Part shown: positions 1 to 7,860 of the stretch, in pieces | How the letters are laid out: each line of letters starts with the position of its first letter | Numbering within the stretch: position 1 is the first letter of the stretch | Assembly: GCA_044373875.1 (NCBI GenBank) | Contig: JBILPK010000002.1 | Location: 65 to 64,064 of the forward strand | Source of the DNA: Polymorphobacter sp. | Lineage (GTDB): Bacteria > Pseudomonadota > Alphaproteobacteria > Sphingomonadales > Sphingomonadaceae | Length of the DNA: 64,000 nucleotides | Direction: 5' to 3' | The notes under the pieces: model-generated | The model's input: only the letters and a program-made list of their open reading frames with translations | What the model was told of the DNA's origin: nothing | Database searches by the model: none | Program-made: the position numbers and the translations under genes

Positions 1-392
1 CGCCGACCCTGCCCACAAAGCGCCCGCTGGCGTCGGTTGCCGAGGTGCGGCCGATCAGCGGCGGTGACGGCGGCGGTTCGACCGATGTGTCGGATATCAG
101 CTGGGTCAGCCCCACCGTCGGCATGTCGGCGGCAACTTGGGTGCCCGGTACCCCGGCGCACAGCTGGCAGGCGGTGGCGGCATCGGGCATGTCGATCGGC
201 GCCAAGGGCGGCGTCGTCGCGGCCAAGGCGCTGGCGCTGACCGCGGCCGACCTGTTGCGCAGCCCCGAGGTGCTGGCGGCGGCCAAGGCCGAACTGTTGC
301 AGAAGCGTGGGTCCGATTTCCGCTACCAGGCGATGGTCGGCGATCGCGCGCCGCCACTCGATTACCGCAAGCCGATGGCGCCGAACCCCTGA
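1..392 (+). CDS. C-terminal fragment of an M20-family amidohydrolase/peptidase (AbgB-like); the 5' end lies outside the window
   Basis: The open frame runs from the window edge (codon phase starting at nt 3) to a stop at 390-392. The tail ...GTPAHSWQAVAASGMSIGAKGGVVAAKALALTAADLLRSPEVLAAAKAELLQKRG...PPLDY resembles the C-termini of aminobenzoyl-glutamate hydrolase B / M20D enzymes. Confidence 0.55.
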   Translation, partial: PTLPTKRPLASVAEVRPISGGDGGGSTDVSDISWVSPTVGMSAATWVPGTPAHSWQAVAASGMSIGAKGGVVAAKALALTAADLLRSPEVLAAAKAELLQKRGSDFRYQAMVGDRAPPLDYRKPMAPNP

Positions 393-667
393 CGCCAAAG
401 CCTGAAGCCCCCCCTGAAGCTGCCGCTACCGGGAGCTGCACGCTGCCGGCGCCGCAGTTGCTGCGACAGTGTTGCCCGGCGACAATCTTGTCATCCAAGC
501 ATAACAATTGGCTGGTAGGGTCTGTTAAATAGGTAACGGCGCCAAGCTCGTTGCCTTGAATCAACATCGTGCGGCGGGGGCTTGAGCGGGAATGCAATTG
601 TAACGACGCGCCGTCCGGGCAGTGCCCGCCACGCCGACCCCGCTTGCCGGTAGCGCCTCGCGCCCCA

Positions 668-676
668 CCCCCCCCC
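668..676. repeat. C9 homopolymer tract in the 345-nt leader upstream of the giant RTX gene
   Basis: Direct reading gives cgcgcccca-ccccccccc-acatatcacc. The nine consecutive C end 62 nt before the ATG at 738. Confidence 0.9.
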
Positions 677-737
677 ACATATCACCGCTTTCGCCAGAAC
701 GGCGACAACCTATTGAAATTGCTGACAGGATTTTACC

Positions 738-3700
738 ATGACCGTCTGGATCAATGAATTTCACTACGACAATGCCGGCACCGATTCGGGTGAATTCATT
801 GAAATCGCCGGTACTGCCGGCACCAACCTGACGGGTTGGTCGATCGTGCGCTACAATGGCAACGTGCCGGGTGCGGCGGTCGTCTACGGTACGCCGACCA
901 TCACGATGACCGATCTCGTCATTCCCGACCAGGGCAATGGCTTTGGCACCCTGTCGTTCAGCTTGCCACAGGACGGATTACAAAATGGCACCAACGACGG
1001 CTTTGCGCTGATCGACAACAATGGCACGGTCATCGAACTGCTAAGCTATGAAGGCATCTTCACCGCCGCAGCCGGCACCCCCGCCGCCGGCCTGGCCAGC
1101 GTCGATGTCGGTGTCAGCGAAACGACCACGACGCCGATTGGCTCGTCGATCTATCGTACCGGCACCGGCAACACCGGCACTGATTTCACCTGGACAACCA
1201 CGACGACGGCAACCCCGGGTGCGGTCAATGCCGGCCAGTCGTTCACCGGCGGCGTCGCCGCCACCCGCGTCAGCATCAACGATGTCAGCATCGCCGAAGG
1301 CGACGCCGGCACCGCAACGCTCACCTTCACCGTCACCCGCGCCGACAACGCCGGCGCCTTCAGCCTCGATTTTGCCACCGCTAACGGCACCGCGACCGCC
1401 GGCAGCGATTATGTCGCCGCCACGGGCACGGTCAGCTTCACCGCTGGCGGCGCGCTCACCGAAACGATCGCCGTGACGATCAACGGCGACGCGGCGAACG
1501 AAGCCAGCGAAACCTTCACGGTCGCGCTGTCGAACCTCGTCAACACCACCGGCACCGCCGCGATCACCGACGCTTCGGGCACCGGCACGATCACCAACGA
1601 CGATATCACCCTCATCGCCATCCACGACATCCAAGGCGCTTCGCACAGCTCGGCCCTCACCGGCCAGGTGGTGACGACGCGCGGGATCGTGACGGCGGTC
1701 GATACCAACGGCTTCTACATCCAGACCGCCGATGCCGATATCGATGCCGATGTCGCCACGTCGCAGGGCATCCTGATCTTCACCAGCACCGCACCGACAG
1801 TCGCGGTCGGCGACAGTGTCAACGTCACCGGCACCGTCACCGAATTCACCCCCGGCGGCAACAGCAGCGGCAATCTGTCGATCACCCAGTTGACCAGCCC
1901 CAGCGTTTCGATCCTGAGCAGCGGCAATGCCCTGCCGACCGCGATCATCCTGGGCGGCGGTGGCCGCACCGCGCCGACCGAGATCATCGACAACGACAAT
2001 TTTGCCACCTTCGACCCGGCCAGCGACGGCATCGATTTCTTCGAAAGCCTCGAAGGCATGCGCGTCACCGTGCCGACGCCGCTGGTCGTCGCGCCGACGA
2101 CGAGCAATGGCGAGCTGTTCACCGTTGCCAATGGCGGCGCCGGCGCGACCGGCCTGTCGGCGCGCGGCACCATCGTCACCAGGGGCAGCACCGGCGATGG
2201 CCTCAATGTCACCAACACCGGCGCGGGGTCGGACTATAACCCCGAACGCATCCAGATCGACGGCGACAGCTTCACCCCGGGCGGCGCCAACAGCATTCCG
2301 CTGGTCGCCGCCGGCACTGTGCTCGCCGATGTCACCGGCATTATCAGCTATGGCTTCGGCAATTACGAAGTGCTGGCCACCAGCGCCGTTACCGTTGCCA
2401 CGCCGTCGATCCTGACCGGCGAAGTCACCAACCTGTCGGCCGACGCCGACACGCTGACCATCGCCAGCTACAATGTCCTCAACCTCGATCCCAATGATGG
2501 CGATGGCGACACCGATGTCGCCGATGGCCGCTTCACCTCGATCGCGCTGCAGATCGTCAATGCGCTCGGCTCGCCCGATATCGTCGCGCTGCAGGAAATC
2601 CAGGACAACAGCGGTTCGAGCAACGACGGCACCGTTTCGGCGAGCGTGACACTGCAGATGCTTGTCGATGCCATCACCGCCAATGGCGGCCCCGTTTACA
2701 GCTTCATCGACAACACGTTCATCACCAACAACACCAATGGCGGCGAACCCGGCGGCAACATCCGTGTCGCCTATCTTTATGATGCATCGCGGGTATCGCT
2801 GGTCGCCGGCTCGGTGGCCACCACCACCAACGCCGCCGTCGATTTTGCCGGCGCGCGCCAGCCGCTGGTCGCGACGTTCGAATTCAACGATGAAAACATC
2901 ACCGTCATCAACAACCACTTCAGCTCGAAGGGCGGTTCATCGCCGCTGTTCGGCGCGGTCCAGCCATCGACCAACGGCAGCGCCGCCGACCGGCTGGTGC
3001 AGGCGCAGAATGTCGCCGATTATGTCACCGGTCTCGGCGCGTCGGCCAAGATCGTCGTGCTCGGCGATCTCAACGAATTCACCAACGAGGAATCGCTCGC
3101 CCCACTCGGCGTCGCCGGCCTGTCGAGCCTGTCGCTGACGCTCGCCGAAACCGAACGATATTCGTACAATTTCGAAGGCAATGCCCAGGAACTCGACCAG
3201 GTCTATATCAGCGCGCCGCTGGCCAGCGCGACGACGCTCGACATCGTCCATGTCAATTCGGAATTCGTCGCAACGGCGTCGACCTCGTCCGACCATGATC
3301 CGTCGGTCATCGCGATCAACATCGCTGCCCCCGGCCCGGCGCCGTTCGCCCCCGGCGACATCGCCTTTGTCGGCTTCAACGCCGATGGCAGTGACGATCT
3401 CGCCTTTGTCACCCTGCGCGAGATCCCGGCCGGCACGGTAATCCTCTTCAACGATCGCGAATGGACCGGTGCCGGCTTCAACACCGGTGAAGGCGAAGTC
3501 ACCTGGACGGCGAGCGCCACCATCGCCGCCGGTACCGTCGTCACCATCAACAGCTTCGGTTCCACCCCGGTCAGCAACCTCGGCACCACCAGCAGCAGCA
3601 GCGGTCTCAGCACCACGTCCGAAATCGTCTATGCCTATGTCGGCGTGGCCGGCACGCCGACGGCGTTCCTCGCGGCGATCGCCAACAATGGCTTCACCGC

Positions 3701-6700
3701 CGATGGCGGCACGCTGTCGGGCACCGGGCTGGTTGCCGGCACCACGGCGATCGATCTGTCGACCGTCGATGTCGGGGCCGATATCGGCAGTTTCAACGGC
3801 GCCCGCAACGGCCAGGCAAGCTATGCCGGCTTCCTCGCCCAGATCAACAATGCCGCCAACTGGCTGACGCAGAACACCGCCGCCGATGATTCGATCGATG
3901 CCACCGCGCCCAGCCTGCCGTTCAGCATCGCCGGCTTCACCCTCGGCAATGCCGAAGTGCAAAGCGTCGGCTTCGCCGGCAGCAGCATCTCGCAGGCCGA
4001 AGGCAATGCCGGCACCACGGCCTATACCTTCACCGTGACCCGCACCGGCGGCACCACCGGTGCGCTCGATTTCGCCGGCAGCTTTGCCGCGGGCGATACC
4101 GACGCTGCCGATTTCGTCGGCGGCTCCGCGCCGACCGGTTTCAGCGGCACGATCGCCGCCGGCGCAACGAGCGCCACCGTCACCATCAATGTCGCCGGCG
4201 ACCTGACCATCGAAGCCACCGAAGGCTTCAGCCTGACGCTGACCAGCGTCAGCAACGGTGCCGGCGTCGCCACCAGCATCCAGTCGGGCATCGCCAGCGC
4301 CAGCGGCACCATCGTCAACGACGATCTCGCCCCGGCGGCGTTCGGCCCCGGCGATGTCGCCTTTGTCGGCTTCAACAGCGACGGCAACGACAATCTCGCG
4401 CTGGCCGCCTTGAAGGACCTGCCGATTGGCACGGTGCTGTATTTCAGCGACAATGAATGGAACGGCACGACCTGGACTGATTTCAACGAAGGCACGTTCG
4501 CGCTGACGCTGACCAGCAATGTCGCGGCCGGCGCGATCATCACCATCGACACGATCGGCACCGCCGCCAGCACCGTCAGCAATGTCGGCACCGTCGCCAA
4601 TGTTACCGGCGGCGGCAGCAACCGCGGCCTCGGTGCCAGCGGTGAAGCGGTTTATGTCTATATCGCCAATCCGGGCACCCCGCTGGCACCCACGGCGTTC
4701 CTTGCCGCCATTTCCAACGATGGCTTCACCACGGCGGGCAGCCTGACCGGGACCGGCCTTGTCGCCGGCACCTCGGCGGTCGATCTCGGCAGTGTCGACG
4801 CCGGGGCCGATATCGGCGCCTTCAACGGCGCGCGCAGCAACCAGACGAGCTTTGCCGCCTATCTGCCGGTGCTCAACAATGCCGCCAACTGGGCGACGCA
4901 GGATGCCAGCGGCGACCAGTCGATCGACACCGTCTTCCCCGATGTGCCGTTCAGCGGCACCGCCCTGTCGCTCGCTGCGGCTGCGCAGACCATCGGTTTC
5001 GCCACTGCCTCGCTCGCCCGCACGGTCGATGAAGGCAATGCCGGCACCAAGGCGATCACCTTCACCGTGGAACGCAGCGGCGGCACCACCGGCCAGCTCG
5101 ATTTTGCCGGCAGCATCGCCGCCGGCAGCACTGATGCCGCCGATTTCGGCGGCACGCTGCCAACGGCGTTCACCGGCAGCATCGCGGCGGGTGCTGCCAC
5201 GGCGACCGTCACGGTAACCATCAGCGGCGACACCAGCATCGAAACCAACGAGAGTTTCAGCCTGACGCTGACCGGCGGCACTAACCCGCTGACCGCCGGC
5301 GTGCTGATCAACGGCACCAATGCCACGGCAGCGGCGACCATCGTCAACGATGATTTCCCGCTCGCCATCGGCGGCATCAACGTCTACGGCGCGGCGGCCT
5401 CGCTGGCCGGCAGCACCGCGACACCGGCCGCCAGCAACGATGTCGTTCTCGTCCGCCTCGGTTCGATCCAGGGCACGGTCGCCGGCGCCGAAAGCATCGC
5501 CTATGAAGGCGGCAAGGTCTATTCGACCAACATCGCCGGCAATGCCATCAACGTCCACAGCGTCACCGCCGCCGGCACGCTGGTCAACGAAGCGCCGATC
5601 TCGCTGCTCGGCCTGCCCTCGTATCTGACCGGCGGCGTCAACAGCGTCGATGTGAAGAACGGCATCATCGCGGTCGGCTATGAAAACGCCAATACGGCGC
5701 TGCCGGGCTTTGTCGCGTTGTTCAACGCCGCCGACAACAGCCTGATCAAGACCATCCAGGTCGGCATCCTGCCCGATGACGTAACCTTCTCGCCCGATGG
5801 CCTGAAACTGCTCGTCGCCAACGAAGCCGAAGCGCTGTCGGCACTGGGCACGATCAGCATCATCGACCTGTCGGGCGGTGCCGCCAATGCCTTTGTCAGC
5901 AACACCATCAGCTTTGCGTCGCTCAACGGCGCCGAAGCGGCGTTGCGCGATCGCGGCCTCGCCATCGCCCCGGGCCAGCCGGCGGCGGGCGATATCGAGC
6001 CCGAATACATCACCATCTCGGCCGATGGCACCCGTGCCTATGTCACCCTGCAGGAAGTCAATGGCGTCGCCGTCATCGATCTGACCAACCCGGCTGCCGA
6101 TCGGCCGCTGTCGATCCAGCCGCTCGGCACGGTCGATCGCAACCTTGCCGGCAACGTGCTCGATACCAGCGACCAGGACGGCGGCATCAACCTGCGCAAC
6201 GTCAATATCCAGAGCCTGATCCAGCCCGATGCCATCGCCAGCTACACGGTTGGCGGCGTGACCTATTTCATCACCGCCAACGAAGGGGATGCCCGGGTCA
6301 ACGTTACCGATTCGGTGCGCTTCGGCTCGGCTGGCTATGTCCTCGATCCGACGCTGTACCCCAATGCCGCCGCGCTGAAGGCCAATGCCGAACTCGGCCG
6401 CTTGAACGTGCTGACGACGACGGGCGACACCGATGGCGACGGCGATTTCGACATCATCACCACGCTCGGCGGCCGCAGCATCTCGATCTTCAAGCAGGAA
6501 GCCGATGGCAGCATCACCAAGGTGCGCGAAACCGGCGGCGAGTTCGAGGCGATCATCGCCGCCAACAACCCGGCGATCTTCAACAGCAACCAGAGCGTTG
6601 CCGCCAACTCGCTCGACACCCGCTCCGACGACAAGGGCCCCGAACCCGAAGGCGTCACCATCGGCATCATCAACGGCCGCACCTATGCCTTTGTCGGTCT

Positions 6701-7661
6701 GGAGCGCGTCGGCGGCTACATGGTCTATGATGTAACCGATCCGGCCAACGCCATCTTTGTCAGCTACAAGCCGCAAACTGCCGATGATCGCGGCCCCGAA
6801 ACCAGCGCGTTCGTTTCGGCCGCCGACAGCCCGACCGGCCAGGCGCTGCTGCTCAGCGGCCAGGAAATCAGCAACACCGTCACCCTCTATTCGGTCCAGG
6901 TCCAGAGCGAGGGCGACGATGTCATCAACGGTGGCAGCGACGGCGAACGCTGGTCCGGCCGCGGTGGCAACGACATCATCAACGGCAACGGCGGCGACGA
7001 TGTGATCGATGGCGGCGCCGGCAACGACGCTCTCAACGGCGGCGAGGGCAGCGACACCGCGAGCTATGCCAGCGCCCGCAACGGCGTGACGGTCCGGCTC
7101 GGCCTGACCGGCGGCCAGGACACCGGCAACGGCATCGATACCCTTGCCGGCATCGAGAACCTGCTCGGCTCGGGCTTCAACGACCTGTTGTTCGGCGATA
7201 CCGGCGACAACCGCATCGATGGCGGCGCCGGCAACGACGCGCTGTTCGGCGCACGCGGCAGCGACACGCTGGTCAATGGGCTGGGCAACGACCTGTTCCA
7301 GGCCGGGGTCGGCGCCGATACCTTTCTGTTCGACACGATCGACAACGGCGCCGTCGATGTCATCACCGACTTCTTCATCGCCCAGGGCGACACGCTGGTG
7401 CTCGGCGCCGGGGTGACGGTGACCGGGGTCAGCACCGGCCTTGTCACCACCGCGGCGAGCGTCAACGGCCAGGTGGTCGGTAACAGCGCCAATGCGCTCG
7501 ATCTGGTGCTGACGCTGTCATCGGCGGCGGGCACCCAGACGCTGCACATCGTCGATGCCTACAACTTCGCCAGCAACGCCTATTGGGAAGCCGCGCTCGG
7601 GGTCGACCTCAGCTATCCGCGCCCGCTGCCGACCGGGGGCGACCTGCTGCCGATCGCCTGA
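738..7661 (+). CDS. Giant (2307 aa) secreted multidomain RTX protein: lamin-tail domain, Calx-beta, ExeM/NucH-like endonuclease/exonuclease/phosphatase (EEP) nuclease, 2 x (unknown ~210-aa module + Calx-beta), choice-of-anchor-I beta-propeller, hemolysin-type Ca-binding repeats
   Basis: ATG at 738 is preceded by AGGA 8 nt upstream. LTD: WINEFHYDNAGTDSGEFIEI. Calx-beta: ISIAEGDAGTATLTFTVTR...GTATAGSDY...TITNDD, with two further copies ending IVNDD. EEP nuclease: LTIASYNVLNL...IVALQEIQDNSG...SDHDPSV. Propeller: EPEYITISADGTRAYVTLQE and GPEPEGVTIG..YAFVGLERVGGYMVYDVTDP. RTX nonapeptides: GGNDIINGNGGDDVIDGGAGNDALNGGEGSD. There is no N-terminal signal peptide, which fits C-terminal type I secretion. 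Confidence 0.9.
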   Translation: MTVWINEFHYDNAGTDSGEFIEIAGTAGTNLTGWSIVRYNGNVPGAAVVYGTPTITMTDLVIPDQGNGFGTLSFSLPQDGLQNGTNDGFALIDNNGTVIELLSYEGIFTAAAGTPAAGLASVDVGVSETTTTPIGSSIYRTGTGNTGTDFTWTTTTTATPGAVNAGQSFTGGVAATRVSINDVSIAEGDAGTATLTFTVTRADNAGAFSLDFATANGTATAGSDYVAATGTVSFTAGGALTETIAVTINGDAANEASETFTVALSNLVNTTGTAAITDASGTGTITNDDITLIAIHDIQGASHSSALTGQVVTTRGIVTAVDTNGFYIQTADADIDADVATSQGILIFTSTAPTVAVGDSVNVTGTVTEFTPGGNSSGNLSITQLTSPSVSILSSGNALPTAIILGGGGRTAPTEIIDNDNFATFDPASDGIDFFESLEGMRVTVPTPLVVAPTTSNGELFTVANGGAGATGLSARGTIVTRGSTGDGLNVTNTGAGSDYNPERIQIDGDSFTPGGANSIPLVAAGTVLADVTGIISYGFGNYEVLATSAVTVATPSILTGEVTNLSADADTLTIASYNVLNLDPNDGDGDTDVADGRFTSIALQIVNALGSPDIVALQEIQDNSGSSNDGTVSASVTLQMLVDAITANGGPVYSFIDNTFITNNTNGGEPGGNIRVAYLYDASRVSLVAGSVATTTNAAVDFAGARQPLVATFEFNDENITVINNHFSSKGGSSPLFGAVQPSTNGSAADRLVQAQNVADYVTGLGASAKIVVLGDLNEFTNEESLAPLGVAGLSSLSLTLAETERYSYNFEGNAQELDQVYISAPLASATTLDIVHVNSEFVATASTSSDHDPSVIAINIAAPGPAPFAPGDIAFVGFNADGSDDLAFVTLREIPAGTVILFNDREWTGAGFNTGEGEVTWTASATIAAGTVVTINSFGSTPVSNLGTTSSSSGLSTTSEIVYAYVGVAGTPTAFLAAIANNGFTADGGTLSGTGLVAGTTAIDLSTVDVGADIGSFNGARNGQASYAGFLAQINNAANWLTQNTAADDSIDATAPSLPFSIAGFTLGNAEVQSVGFAGSSISQAEGNAGTTAYTFTVTRTGGTTGALDFAGSFAAGDTDAADFVGGSAPTGFSGTIAAGATSATVTINVAGDLTIEATEGFSLTLTSVSNGAGVATSIQSGIASASGTIVNDDLAPAAFGPGDVAFVGFNSDGNDNLALAALKDLPIGTVLYFSDNEWNGTTWTDFNEGTFALTLTSNVAAGAIITIDTIGTAASTVSNVGTVANVTGGGSNRGLGASGEAVYVYIANPGTPLAPTAFLAAISNDGFTTAGSLTGTGLVAGTSAVDLGSVDAGADIGAFNGARSNQTSFAAYLPVLNNAANWATQDASGDQSIDTVFPDVPFSGTALSLAAAAQTIGFATASLARTVDEGNAGTKAITFTVERSGGTTGQLDFAGSIAAGSTDAADFGGTLPTAFTGSIAAGAATATVTVTISGDTSIETNESFSLTLTGGTNPLTAGVLINGTNATAAATIVNDDFPLAIGGINVYGAAASLAGSTATPAASNDVVLVRLGSIQGTVAGAESIAYEGGKVYSTNIAGNAINVHSVTAAGTLVNEAPISLLGLPSYLTGGVNSVDVKNGIIAVGYENANTALPGFVALFNAADNSLIKTIQVGILPDDVTFSPDGLKLLVANEAEALSALGTISIIDLSGGAANAFVSNTISFASLNGAEAALRDRGLAIAPGQPAAGDIEPEYITISADGTRAYVTLQEVNGVAVIDLTNPAADRPLSIQPLGTVDRNLAGNVLDTSDQDGGINLRNVNIQSLIQPDAIASYTVGGVTYFITANEGDARVNVTDSVRFGSAGYVLDPTLYPNAAALKANAELGRLNVLTTTGDTDGDGDFDIITTLGGRSISIFKQEADGSITKVRETGGEFEAIIAANNPAIFNSNQSVAANSLDTRSDDKGPEPEGVTIGIINGRTYAFVGLERVGGYMVYDVTDPANAIFVSYKPQTADDRGPETSAFVSAADSPTGQALLLSGQEISNTVTLYSVQVQSEGDDVINGGSDGERWSGRGGNDIINGNGGDDVIDGGAGNDALNGGEGSDTASYASARNGVTVRLGLTGGQDTGNGIDTLAGIENLLGSGFNDLLFGDTGDNRIDGGAGNDALFGARGSDTLVNGLGNDLFQAGVGADTFLFDTIDNGAVDVITDFFIAQGDTLVLGAGVTVTGVSTGLVTTAASVNGQVVGNSANALDLVLTLSSAAGTQTLHIVDAYNFASNAYWEAALGVDLSYPRPLPTGGDLLPIA

Positions 7662-7670
7662 CGCAAGCTA

Positions 7671-7696
7671 CCCCCGGCCCGGCAACGGGCCGGGGG
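7671..7696. terminator. GC-rich hairpin between convergent genes (giant RTX gene and TonB-dependent receptor)
   Basis: cccccggccc-ggcaac-gggccggggg forms a 10-bp perfect stem 10 nt after the stop codon. No clear U-tract follows. Confidence 0.4.
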
Positions 7697-7860
7697 GCAG
7701 CAGTCGATCCGAAGCGCGCGCGCCGCTCATCCCCAGCCCTTCGACGCCGGCTGCGGCGTCGCTCTGGATAAACGTCGTCGAGGGATGCGCTACACGTGCG
7801 GCCAGGTCCCGCGACGTCGCTCGGGATGAGCGAAGTGATTCAATCAAGCCGTAATCGGGT

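Noticed and set aside
487-540. Pho box upstream of the giant nuclease/phosphatase-like gene
   Set aside because: Only single heptamers (TTGTCAT, CTGTTAA) resemble CTGTCAT. The partners at 11-bp spacing (GCATAAC, GTAACGG) are poor. I kept this only as a remark inside the leader finding.
2937-6776. 1279-aa ORF (and 625-aa ORF 1041-2918) antisense to the giant RTX gene
   Set aside because: Their composition is dominated by Arg/Ala/Gly/Asp with no recognisable motifs. They lie exactly opposite a frame that has clear domain signatures. This is a typical stop-codon-poor antisense artefact of high-GC DNA.
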